Source: a virus
Lineage: Duplodnaviria; Caudoviricetes
DNA length: 64,000 nucleotides
Direction: 5' to 3' (one strand)
Virus record (IMG/VR): IMGVR_UViG_3300049182_000044
Span: 217,567 to 281,566 of that record
A program made the translations under genes and the position numbers. Numbering within the stretch: the stretch's first letter is position 1; every line of letters starts with the position of its first letter. Under the pieces are notes generated by a model. That model saw only the letters and a list, made by a program, of their open reading frames with translations, searched no databases and was not told where the DNA came from. Positions 55,111 to 63,885 of this stretch are shown in pieces.

Positions 55111-55848
55111 TTACTTTTCGGTATCCATCCTGAAATCAGGCAGCGGAACTTTCGCAATTTGGCGTTGAAGCTGGGTAGCACTAGAGTCTCCGAAGTTACC
55201 TACTTGACTACCTCCGAGCATCAATGCCTTGAAGTGGGATTGAATGTCTCGGGCTACGTCACCGATTGTTTGAGCCGCATCAACAAGACGAATGCGGTTC
55301 ATGTTCTCCTGCCAGTCGCACAGGTCCTGCAACATCCAGCGCACCTTGTCGAAAAATGATCCGGGTTCCATCTCAAACTTGTCGAGCTTAACACGCTCAC
55401 CTTTAGCTACGCGATCTTCCATGCGCCGGTATGACTCACCGATCTCCATATCGAGCATGATTGTCAGATCAGGAGCGAAGCCCCGCAAGGTCCATCGTTG
55501 GAGTTCCTTCATGCGGTCAACAGGGAAACCCCGACCACCGCACTGGTACGCATAGGATGAATCAAAGAACCGATCCGAAATCACCCAGATGCCCCGCTCG
55601 AGATGCGGCTTGATTACGGTTTCAACGTGATCGACACGCGCAGTCCACATAATCATTACTTCAGTTTCAATGGGCATCTTCTCCTGGATCACCATTGCAC
55701 GAAGTTGCTCTGCAAGAGGAGAGCCACCAGGTTCACGGGTGACGATGTGTTCGATGCCTCTAGACTTTAAGTAGTCTGAGGCCATTTGTATCTGTGTGGA
55801 CTTGCCTGCACCGTCCACGCCTTCAAACGAAATGAATTTGCCCTTCAT
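55111..55848 (-). CDS. tmk: thymidylate (dTMP) kinase
   Basis: FISFEGVDGAGKSTQ, TREPGG, DRFFDSSYAYQ, PDLTIMLD. Confidence 0.95.
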   Translation of the reverse strand: MKGKFISFEGVDGAGKSTQIQMASDYLKSRGIEHIVTREPGGSPLAEQLRAMVIQEKMPIETEVMIMWTARVDHVETVIKPHLERGIWVISDRFFDSSYAYQCGGRGFPVDRMKELQRWTLRGFAPDLTIMLDMEIGESYRRMEDRVAKGERVKLDKFEMEPGSFFDKVRWMLQDLCDWQENMNRIRLVDAAQTIGDVARDIQSHFKALMLGGSQVGNFGDSSATQLQRQIAKVPLPDFRMDTEK

Positions 55849-57038
55849 TATGCCCTCTTCGCAGCATAGTGCGGACCTAGAAGAGATATCAACTGGTCAG
55901 CCTGTTGTTTCGTCAATTGACGCTTTTCATCACCGAATATCAGCAACAGCTCGCCGTCGGAGAATAAGGCTGCGCGGAAGTTATCCGTGGCAGCACGAGG
56001 GATGGAAAGACCTGCGCTGCCTGACGAAATTCCCGCGGTCAGGGAATCGTCGCAAGTGCCTTCATCACCATCACTGTCTTCATTTACAGTAATGTCGGGC
56101 TCGCTAGGAGGAGCATAGGGTGCGGTGACGATCGAGCCATCGGGCATCGGACAAGACATTCCAACCTTTTCTTCTGCTGCTTTGACTTCGGCGTTCTCAC
56201 GAATCAGCCGTGCGATCTCTGACTCAGTCTCGTCTTCTGTCAATTGCTCGGTAGGAAGATGGTCGAGCGGTGCTGCATCTTCAACTTCCTCGGCGTTGTA
56301 CAACGGAACTCCAACACCATCGTCGGGGTAACGTGCTGCGAATGGATAGCGGTATTTCTTATTCCACTGATAGGTGTTCTCGTATCGAGTGGCACCTTCA
56401 AAACGAATGAAGTAGTCCTTACCGGGCAATTGAGAGCTGAGCTGACTGATAACACGAGCTACGTCCGTGCGTGATACGCCTGGGCACAGGGAAGTCGCAC
56501 CATCAATACTCAGACGTACATCACGGTACTTGAACATCGCGCTAGCGACCTTGCTCGTGATTGCACCGCGCCGAATACCTCCGGGTTCACCTTCAGGATC
56601 AGGACGCATAGGCAATGCGGCAGTCTCACTCGGAGGAACGAGCAGCCCACTTCGCGTCTTAACCTTAGTTAAAACAGGCGTAGCCGAGGGCTTCTGCTCA
56701 GGAGGAATAGCCGCCTCGTGATTCGGCTTCGCTCGGAAGTCGGTCTTCGCGTATTCGGGTATGTCAACACCCGGTGGCATTTCAGGCTTTACACCTGACG
56801 CTGCAACAGCACGAGCGGTCAGTACAGTCCAATAAAGAACTTGACCGTTCGGTGCTGGTGAGCGAAGGATTTGAACAGAGCGCCACAGACGCCCCAAAGC
56901 CATTTTCACAGTGCTTTCATCCATGATATTGGACGCAACACCTTTCAAATGTGCCAAGGTGGTTGTAGGCTTGGCGTGCAATTCAATCAAACGTAGAACT
57001 GCGTCGTCAAACACTTCAAAATCTTCTGAGGCACTCAT
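55848..57038 (-). CDS. hypothetical protein with possible winged-helix regions
   Basis: 396 aa; ESTVKMALGRLWRSVQILRSPAPNGQVLYW. Confidence 0.8.
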   Translation of the reverse strand: MSASEDFEVFDDAVLRLIELHAKPTTTLAHLKGVASNIMDESTVKMALGRLWRSVQILRSPAPNGQVLYWTVLTARAVAASGVKPEMPPGVDIPEYAKTDFRAKPNHEAAIPPEQKPSATPVLTKVKTRSGLLVPPSETAALPMRPDPEGEPGGIRRGAITSKVASAMFKYRDVRLSIDGATSLCPGVSRTDVARVISQLSSQLPGKDYFIRFEGATRYENTYQWNKKYRYPFAARYPDDGVGVPLYNAEEVEDAAPLDHLPTEQLTEDETESEIARLIRENAEVKAAEEKVGMSCPMPDGSIVTAPYAPPSEPDITVNEDSDGDEGTCDDSLTAGISSGSAGLSIPRAATDNFRAALFSDGELLLIFGDEKRQLTKQQADQLISLLGPHYAAKRA

Positions 57039-57070
57039 GTTATTCTCCCTATTAGTGAATCAGCTCCCGA

Positions 57071-58177
57071 TCACTTAGATACGGGCGCCTTGATTTCTCC
57101 TTGGTGTTCGTAATCAACGATCTCCAAATGTGGCCATTCGTACTCAAAGAGCGAGGCCGGCTTGTCCGTGAACTTCAAACGCGGTGTCAACCTGGAGGGT
57201 GTACGTGACAGAATCTCTTCGACTTGAGTGAAGTGATCGTTGTAGATGTGACAGTCACCACCGACCCAGACAAACTCACCGGCCGCCATGTCCAGCTGAT
57301 GCGCCATCATGTGTACCAGCAGCGAGTACGAAAGGATATTGAACGGCACACCGAGGAACGAGTCCGCACTGCGTTGATACAGCATACAGTCCAAGCGACG
57401 TTTTGGGATACCGATTGTGTCCATCACTTCGAGCTTCTCTTCCATCGAAGTAGCTCGCGCTGGGAAGAACGCAACCGGATCGTCGATCAAGGACAGGCGC
57501 TCCTGGAATGTCAGCTCGACCGTGTAGAACTGGAACATCATGTGACACGGAGGAAGTGCCATCTTGCTGATATAGCCTGGGTTCCAAGCGTTTACCACGA
57601 TGCGGCGTGAATCAGGGCTCTTGCGTAGGATGTCTAAAACTTCGCTGATCTGATCGACTTGCACAACCCTAACAGCAGCACCAGTGTATGCGTAAGCACT
57701 TCCGTCCTCATTGAAGGACAGCGGCGTCCAGTCTTGAGTACCGACGATGCGTTGCTGAATTTCACCCGGCCAGTGGCGCCACTGAAAGCCGTAGCCTGGG
57801 CCAATGCCGCCTGTCTTCGGGTCTGCCCATTCTTCCCAGATGGTGTCCTTCTCCGACCAGTCGAGCTTGCTGTGCGCCTGATTGATTTCACGCAGGCGGT
57901 GATTGCTAGTAGAACCTTCGAGGAACCATTTCAGTTCGTCGAATACGGTCTTGGCCGGAACGAACTTAGTGGTCAGACGGGGAATGTAGCCGCCGAACAG
58001 GTCAAAACGCATCATGTAGCCGAACGCTGATCGTGTGCCAGTGCCTGTGCGATCCATCTTGTCGCGACCACGGGTGTAGATGTACCGGAGATAATCCAGG
58101 TACGGCTGTTCGAGGGCTGCTGACATTGGGTGACGCCGCGCAGTAAACTCTTTCGGGGCGTGAATAAGATTCGTCAT
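57071..58177 (-). CDS. thyA: thymidylate synthase (long, insertion-bearing)
   Basis: DRTGTGT, LTTKFV, GPGYGFQWRHW, DSRRIVVNAWNP, ALPPCH, YQRSAD..LGVPFN, GGDCHIY. Confidence 0.97.
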   Translation of the reverse strand: MTNLIHAPKEFTARRHPMSAALEQPYLDYLRYIYTRGRDKMDRTGTGTRSAFGYMMRFDLFGGYIPRLTTKFVPAKTVFDELKWFLEGSTSNHRLREINQAHSKLDWSEKDTIWEEWADPKTGGIGPGYGFQWRHWPGEIQQRIVGTQDWTPLSFNEDGSAYAYTGAAVRVVQVDQISEVLDILRKSPDSRRIVVNAWNPGYISKMALPPCHMMFQFYTVELTFQERLSLIDDPVAFFPARATSMEEKLEVMDTIGIPKRRLDCMLYQRSADSFLGVPFNILSYSLLVHMMAHQLDMAAGEFVWVGGDCHIYNDHFTQVEEILSRTPSRLTPRLKFTDKPASLFEYEWPHLEIVDYEHQGEIKAPVSK

Positions 58178-58231
58178 GTGGGTCTTCCTTAGTTTTATTA
58201 TGGGAACGGGAGCTCTAAGGCTCCATGTTCT

Positions 58232-58432
58232 TTACGACTTCGGTTTGTCCAGTGCGGCACGAACGAAGCAATCTTTCGCTTCAAGCAGTTTGCGCATGCC
58301 TGCGCTCTTCTCAGGTCCGTCCGGAAGCTCGGCTTCCATCTGCTTTGCGAGGTCGCCAATTGGCTTGCTCACAGCCTGCAAGTGCGAAGGCAAGTGCGCG
58401 TACTCGAAATACTTGATTGTAGTGCTGGGCAT
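58232..58432 (-). CDS. small helical-hairpin protein, possible Acb2/Tad1-hairpin relative
   Basis: YFEYAHLP..LQAVSKP...LPDGPEKSAGMRKLLEAKDCFVRAAL. Confidence 0.7.
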   Translation of the reverse strand: MPSTTIKYFEYAHLPSHLQAVSKPIGDLAKQMEAELPDGPEKSAGMRKLLEAKDCFVRAALDKPKS

Positions 58433-58434
58433 GA

Positions 58435-58950
58435 TTACATCTTCCCGCTGGAGCCGAAGCCACCTTCACCGCGATCAGTTTCGGTCAGTTGGTCTTTGGC
58501 TTCAACCACTTCCCAGTTGATACGCTCGACACGGGTGATGACGCCCTGGGCGATGCGCTCGAACGGCTTGATCGTGATCGGCTCAGCGCTGTGATTGATG
58601 AAAATCACACCGATGACACCACGGTAGTTTGCGTCGATAGTGCCCGGCGCATTCAGGACCGAACCGCCGAACTTGGCAGCCATGCCACTACGCGGACGCA
58701 CTTGCAGTTCGAAGCCGACAGGCATTTCAGTAGTGAGGCCGGTGCTGATGATTTGGCGCTCGCCCGGCTGAATCACCAGGTCAGTTGCGATGAATGCACG
58801 AAGGTCGAAACCGGAGTCACCGATCTTGTTGTATGCCGGAAGGAGGTCAGGATGTTCAGCGTGGATCTTGAAGCCAGGTGTCAGCTCGTTTGTCTTTGCG
58901 CGCTCGAGTGCGTTGGCGATATACAGCATCATGCCGTCAAAAAGTTTCAT
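58435..58950 (-). CDS. dut: trimeric dUTPase
   Basis: SGFDLRA, QVRPRSG, GTIDANYRG, RIAQGV, RGEGGFGSSG. Confidence 0.97.
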   Translation of the reverse strand: MKLFDGMMLYIANALERAKTNELTPGFKIHAEHPDLLPAYNKIGDSGFDLRAFIATDLVIQPGERQIISTGLTTEMPVGFELQVRPRSGMAAKFGGSVLNAPGTIDANYRGVIGVIFINHSAEPITIKPFERIAQGVITRVERINWEVVEAKDQLTETDRGEGGFGSSGKM

Positions 58951-59297
58951 GTCAGTTCTTTCTTAAGTAGTTGGTGTGGATAGTTCTCCAGCACCTGTTG
59001 AAAAAGGATCTCGAAGCAGGTTTCCCAAGTAGGATTGTTACGTGCTTGTTTGATAGCTCTCTCACTTTCCCAGATGGCTATCCAAGAAAGTGCTTTTGCA
59101 AGTGTCGGCTCAAGTGTTGCCCGTTCCACCAACTTGCTTACATGAGCAGGTCCTAGCAGGAGATCGTGCTTCCGCTTTTCGATCTGTGCGTGACGTTGCT
59201 CTAGGAGAGTGTTACGTTGAAGCATCTGTTCGACAAGCTCTTCGCTGCATTTCTTGCACGAACAAATACCCCAAGTGACTTTTGTACAAAAACTCAT
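58947..59297 (-). CDS. hypothetical protein
   Basis: ATG at 59297 after GGTAGGA. Confidence 0.7.
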   Translation of the reverse strand: MSFCTKVTWGICSCKKCSEELVEQMLQRNTLLEQRHAQIEKRKHDLLLGPAHVSKLVERATLEPTLAKALSWIAIWESERAIKQARNNPTWETCFEILFQQVLENYPHQLLKKELT

Positions 59298-59357
59298 AAC
59301 ATTCCTACCCTGTTGTTTAGGTCTGTTCTTCCTAAAGTATGCTTGCCCTAGCCACAT

Positions 59358-59543
59358 CTATTTCAATGCAGCTAGTGCAGCCCGAAGCCGTTCAAGTTCA
59401 GCAAGCAGTATCCAAAACTCTTCAGGCACGTATTCGCCCATCGCAGAAGTCATCTCTTGACCCTGCGTCGAGCGCCATTTTGCGATCTGCTCATTCGAGA
59501 TAACTGCTTGACTTGAATCGAGTAGCGATTGAGTGGTACTCAT
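59358..59543 (-). CDS. small hypothetical protein
   Basis: ATG at 59543 just after the nrdJb stop. Confidence 0.7.
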   Translation of the reverse strand: MSTTQSLLDSSQAVISNEQIAKWRSTQGQEMTSAMGEYVPEEFWILLAELERLRAALAALK

Positions 59544-59544
59544 T

Positions 59545-60192
59545 TCATCCACATTTTGAATCGCCACAGGCTGTGCATGTCGGGCAGCCGTCCATGAGGA
59601 TGACAGCTACTTCACCGCACTTCGAGCAAGCGGTCGCACCAGTGAGGGTACCGCCGGCAGCAACGTGTGCCTCAGTCTTCTTGGCGATGAACTCCTTCAT
59701 TTCAGGAGATACTTCGTCGCTGGGCAGAAGCCCGTAACGCTTGAAGTGACGTTCAACCACCAGGCCGATCTCAGCAACAATCGAAGGAAGGTGCTTGCGG
59801 TGCTTCGACGAGAAATACCCGCCGTTCGGATCAGATACGCCTTTCAGTTCTTCAAGCAGGAACAACGGGCTACCGCCTTTGCGGAAAACTGCGCTAATCA
59901 GTAGCGTGATCGTAGCGATCCACTGGAAGCTGCTGACGTCCTTCGAGTTGATGAACACCTCGAACGGGTGCACCGATTCATGTTCCGTGTCTTCGTTCAG
60001 CGTGATGTTGTTGATCGTGACGTAGATCGCGTGGTCGATTGTCGGCGGCTTGATCTTATATGTCCAGCCAGGCAGCTCGTCCGGCCTCTTCACTGTTTCG
60101 TTCAGGGTCTGGATGTTCGCCGGTATCACCTTCGTTTGCACCACTCCCACCGATTTGATCTTCGACGAGATCTTGACTGTTTTGTCTGTCAT
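59545..60192 (-). CDS. nrdJb: class II ribonucleotide reductase C-terminal subunit (NrdJb/TSCPD-like)
   Basis: YVTINN...PFEVFINSK...LISAVFRKGG...PSIVAEIG; C-terminal CSKC...GCPTCTACGDSKCG. Confidence 0.88.
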   Translation of the reverse strand: MTDKTVKISSKIKSVGVVQTKVIPANIQTLNETVKRPDELPGWTYKIKPPTIDHAIYVTINNITLNEDTEHESVHPFEVFINSKDVSSFQWIATITLLISAVFRKGGSPLFLLEELKGVSDPNGGYFSSKHRKHLPSIVAEIGLVVERHFKRYGLLPSDEVSPEMKEFIAKKTEAHVAAGGTLTGATACSKCGEVAVILMDGCPTCTACGDSKCG

Positions 60193-60586
60193 TTACTTCT
60201 CCAGCATAAGTTAATTGTCTCTGTACGAGTGCGATTAGTTCAGCACCGTTATTACAGGGTATGGTATTGGCCAGCACAGCATCCCACTCTATGTTGACCT
60301 TCTCGGTCAACTCCCGAATCAGAGCCTCTAGACGTTCTTCCTTAGTTCCAATGTCGATGAACATATCATCTTCATTGTGAGGCGGAACGTAGTATTCAAA
60401 AGGACCGCCGCGACGAAACACCTTGGTGAGAATCATCCCACTGACTACGTCTTGATACGGTTCAGTCTTCTCTGCGAGATACAGTGCGCGTAGTAGCTCG
60501 AGGTCGTCTGAGCGAGCCACGGCAAGAAGCTGCGGCCCGCGATCCGGAACACTGGCTACCAACTCAACGAGTTGAAGCAAGACCAT
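60056..60586 (-). CDS. hypothetical protein inserted between nrdJa and nrdJb
   Basis: 176 aa; starts 2 nt after the nrdJa stop and overlaps the nrdJb 5' end by about 137 nt. Confidence 0.65.
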   Translation of the reverse strand: MVLLQLVELVASVPDRGPQLLAVARSDDLELLRALYLAEKTEPYQDVVSGMILTKVFRRGGPFEYYVPPHNEDDMFIDIGTKEERLEALIRELTEKVNIEWDAVLANTIPCNNGAELIALVQRQLTYAGEVNDRQNSQDLVEDQIGGSGANEGDTGEHPDPERNSEEAGRAAWLDI

Positions 60587-60588
60587 GG

Positions 60589-62724
60589 TTAGAGTTTCCC
60601 GTAATAACCTTCTTTGATCGCAGCATACAGGTTGGCTGCGGTGGACGTCTGACCTTCGTACTCGATGATCTCGTTACCGAACGCAGTGATCGAATCACCG
60701 TTGTCGAGCTCGAACACATACTGCGATTTCCGCAAGTCGTCTTCCTTAAGAAGGACGCCGACCTGGCCTTTCGGATTCGGACGATAGGTCGTGCAACCTT
60801 TGAGACCCTTCTCGTAGGCGTACATATAAACGCCCTTGAAGTCCTCGAAGGAGATGCTTTGCGGTACGTTCACCGTCTTCGAGATTGAGCTGTCGATCCA
60901 CTTCTGAGCAGCAGCTTGCATGTCAACGTGCTGCTTCGGAGTCAGGTCGTCAGTGGCAACAAAGTAAGCCGGCAGCTTGTGCTCTGCGAGAGCGAGGCTG
61001 TTCATTTCGTCCACGGTCAGATCGCCATCCTCAGCTACATAGCGAACAGGCTCAGCTTGCGGGTCGACCAAGGTCTTGTATGCAAGGTATTCAAACGAGC
61101 ATACCTGGATAGTGTCTTTGGCTTTCTTGCCTTGACGAATAACGCTGCGTGGGTAAGCATGAGCAAACGTAGGCTCGATGCCATTCGATGCGTTGTTACC
61201 AATCGAGAGGCTGATCGTGCCCGTCGGTGCGATCGAGCTGTGATGCGAGAAGCGGGAACCGTTTTCCGCGAGCATCTTGAGGATCAGACGGCCGTCCTTG
61301 TGGTCACGCCATGCATCGAAGTAGTGTGATTCGAGGAACAATTCACGACCAGTGTACACGCCGCTCTTCTTGCTCGCGCCGTACTTCTTCTTACCGTGGT
61401 TGCTGTTGTATTTCAAGTGCGAAGAGATTTGTTCGCGGGTGTAATGCGCTTTCAGTACAGGAGCTTCGCCCTTCTCTTTCGCTAGCGCCGCACCTTCCTC
61501 GAAGCCTGCAAATGCCAGCAAGCGGGAGATTGAATCGGTGAACGAGATAGCTGTGTCCGAACCGTAGTAGTCGCACTGCATTGCGAGAGCAGAACCCAGG
61601 CCGAGGTAGCCCATACCGTGACGACGCTTGTGTTCGATCTCGTGACGCTGTTGCGGCAACGGAAGTCCACTGATCTCGACCACGTTGTCCAACATACGGG
61701 TAAAGATGCGAGCGACTTCGTAGTACTTGTCGAAGTCGAAGCGCGATTTGTTGGTGAACGGGCTAATAATGAACTTGGTAAGGTTCAACGAGCCGAGCAG
61801 GCAGGAACCATACGGAGGCAGAGGTTGTTCGCCGCAAGGGTTCGTAGCACGCAGATGCTCAGTGAACCACAAGTTGTTGTACTTGTTGATGTGGTCGATC
61901 AGGAGGAAGCCTGGCTCAGCATGGTAGTAGTTGCTGTCCATGATAGCATCCCACAATTCGCGGGCCGGCATTTCAGCAGGCTTCTTGTTGCCTTGCTCGT
62001 CCTTCACGTAGAACTGTTCGCCGTTCCACATGAACTTCCACATCGCGTTGGTTTTAACCGCCTCGACGAACTCGTCCGTAATCAGGAGCGAGAGATTGAA
62101 TTGCCGGAAGCGTCCATCTTCGCGCTTTGCTTTAATGAATGCGAGTACATCAGGATGTGTAACGTCGAACGTTGCCATCTGTGCACCGCGACGGCCACCT
62201 GCAGAGGAAACGGTGAAGCACGTCTTGTCGTAAATGTCCATGAAGGACAGTGGGCCAGATGTAGAAGCACCTGCGCCTGACACGTAAGCGCCATTCGGAC
62301 GCAACGTGGAAAATTCGTAACCGATACCGCAGCCTGCCTTGAGTGTCAAACCTGCTTCCCAGTTCTTCATCAGGATGCCATCCATAGAATCGGGAATGGT
62401 ATCCGACACTGTGCAGTTAATCAGGGACACTGCACGCTTGTACGCTTCCGCGCCAGCGTTAGAGAGAATGCGTCCGGCAGGAGTCGCACCCATCTGCATT
62501 GCCTCGAAGAATAGCTTGACCAGTCGCTTGCGATAGCGAAGCTTTTCACGCGACGCGAGTGCAACTGCGGTACGGTACTGCGAGGCTTCGAGGTCTTGGT
62601 CGATGATCGCACCGTCAGCGTCTCGCACACGGTACTTCTGATCCCATATATCGAAGCTGGCTTCTTGCAGCGGTATGTTGACGTATGGCGCCAAGATAAT
62701 AGGCGACTTGTTGTTCTGAGTCAT
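60589..62724 (-). CDS. nrdJa: class II (B12-dependent) ribonucleotide reductase, large subunit
   Basis: TPAGRIL, INCTV, RRGAQM, TNPCGEQPL, CLLGS, RRHGMG, IAPTGTIS, DSSISKTVN, KGCTTYR. Confidence 0.95.
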   Translation of the reverse strand: MTQNNKSPIILAPYVNIPLQEASFDIWDQKYRVRDADGAIIDQDLEASQYRTAVALASREKLRYRKRLVKLFFEAMQMGATPAGRILSNAGAEAYKRAVSLINCTVSDTIPDSMDGILMKNWEAGLTLKAGCGIGYEFSTLRPNGAYVSGAGASTSGPLSFMDIYDKTCFTVSSAGGRRGAQMATFDVTHPDVLAFIKAKREDGRFRQFNLSLLITDEFVEAVKTNAMWKFMWNGEQFYVKDEQGNKKPAEMPARELWDAIMDSNYYHAEPGFLLIDHINKYNNLWFTEHLRATNPCGEQPLPPYGSCLLGSLNLTKFIISPFTNKSRFDFDKYYEVARIFTRMLDNVVEISGLPLPQQRHEIEHKRRHGMGYLGLGSALAMQCDYYGSDTAISFTDSISRLLAFAGFEEGAALAKEKGEAPVLKAHYTREQISSHLKYNSNHGKKKYGASKKSGVYTGRELFLESHYFDAWRDHKDGRLILKMLAENGSRFSHHSSIAPTGTISLSIGNNASNGIEPTFAHAYPRSVIRQGKKAKDTIQVCSFEYLAYKTLVDPQAEPVRYVAEDGDLTVDEMNSLALAEHKLPAYFVATDDLTPKQHVDMQAAAQKWIDSSISKTVNVPQSISFEDFKGVYMYAYEKGLKGCTTYRPNPKGQVGVLLKEDDLRKSQYVFELDNGDSITAFGNEIIEYEGQTSTAANLYAAIKEGYYGKL

Positions 62725-62746
62725 GCTGTTCCTCATTTATCGAAAA

Positions 62747-63172
62747 CTACTTGCTCTTCAGCTTCTTCTTTTTCGGCTTCGGCTCATCCTCGTCTTCATC
62801 TCCCAGACGTGGCCTCAGCTTCTTAGATTTAGCTTTTGGTTCATCGGAGGTCTCAGTCTTTTTCTTCTTGACCTTGACCTCTTCTTTCTCCGAAGCCTCA
62901 ACAAGTTCCAGATCAGTTTCCTGTTGCTGCTTCGCCTCAATTTCATCGTAAAGATGGAAATACGGTTTGGCTACCTTCTTGATCCCTTTGAAGATGCCCC
63001 GCGACAACTCACCTGGAATGTTCAAGCCCTTTGTAGTGGGTGTCCACTTCTTGGTCTTCTTATCGAGGAAGAACTTACGGATGCTAAGGATTGGGCGTCC
63101 TTTGTACATCTCGATCTCTACCTCGTAACGTTCCGTACGGGATTTCTGGATGATTGCTTTGTCGTTAGGCAT
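62747..63172 (-). CDS. second PC4-like ssDNA-binding protein with K-rich tail
   Basis: EMYKGRPILSIRKFF...WTPTTKGLNIP. Confidence 0.75.
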   Translation of the reverse strand: MPNDKAIIQKSRTERYEVEIEMYKGRPILSIRKFFLDKKTKKWTPTTKGLNIPGELSRGIFKGIKKVAKPYFHLYDEIEAKQQQETDLELVEASEKEEVKVKKKKTETSDEPKAKSKKLRPRLGDEDEDEPKPKKKKLKSK

Positions 63173-63211
63173 GGGAATATACCGAAAAGGTAATGATTTC
63201 GTATAATGTTC

Positions 63212-63221
63212 TTTACAGTTT
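63212..63221 (-). promoter_or_regulatory. AAACTGTAAA motif
   Basis: Exact intergenic decamer about 40 nt above the PC4-like start. Confidence 0.5.
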
Positions 63222-63251
63222 CGGTGCGACGTACTGAGGGCGCCAACGCGC

Positions 63252-63545
63252 CTAGGTCAACAGGGCAAGATGCTTTTCGAGTTCGAGCTGAAATGGATGA
63301 AGGCTGCATCCTTCGACGATTTTCAATTCCTGGGTATCCAGAACGTACCACCAGTTGATCCATGCGCGAAGGGAATCGCTGTCTACATCACGACAGTACC
63401 ATTCTGTACCGCCGTATTCAGGAGTTTCTTCGACCAGCCCGGCGCGCTCTTTTGCCTGTTCGACCGTATCACCGGACCCGATCAGGTCACGAAGTCCACC
63501 GAGAGGATAACACGTAGCACCAGCAAATAGGAGGAATCGTTTCAT
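63252..63545 (-). CDS. hypothetical protein
   Basis: MKRFLLFAGATCYPLGG, a common phage ORF pattern. Confidence 0.75.
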   Translation of the reverse strand: MKRFLLFAGATCYPLGGLRDLIGSGDTVEQAKERAGLVEETPEYGGTEWYCRDVDSDSLRAWINWWYVLDTQELKIVEGCSLHPFQLELEKHLALLT

Positions 63546-63552
63546 GTCTGGC

Positions 63553-63885
63553 CTAGTGAGTAATGAGGATATTGCGCGGCGTATGAGCCACACGCTTAAT
63601 AAAATTTCGTGCCTCCACTACATCCTCGAGGAGGCGCTGTATCACCACCTTCTTGCAGTCAGGGTTGGTCACTTCAGGCAAGCCGAGCGCGATTCGGTGA
63701 TATTTAAGCACCAAGTCCATTACGTGGACTGGCGAATTGGCTAACGCCTTTTCTGCGGTTTTGATGGTTGGGCTGTAGATGAACTCACGCTCGTCCTCAA
63801 CTTCTCCGAACATACTGCACAACAGGATGACCAGCTGGATCGGGCGGGCGCCTGTGAGTTCAAGACTTCCGGATTGCATTTTCAT
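63553..63885 (-). CDS. hypothetical protein
   Basis: 110 aa, GAGGAG RBS. Confidence 0.75.
   Translation of the reverse strand: MKMQSGSLELTGARPIQLVILLCSMFGEVEDEREFIYSPTIKTAEKALANSPVHVMDLVLKYHRIALGLPEVTNPDCKKVVIQRLLEDVVEARNFIKRVAHTPRNILITH

Noticed and set aside
57071-58177. dCMP hydroxymethylase or DNA hypermodification pathway
   Set aside because: The Asn of LGVPFN (dUMP specificity) is retained, and no glycosyltransferase or other modification genes were seen.
60589-62724. Inteins or introns in nrdJ, gyrB or dnaX
   Set aside because: Lengths are normal, with no C...HN splice motifs or LAGLIDADG blocks.
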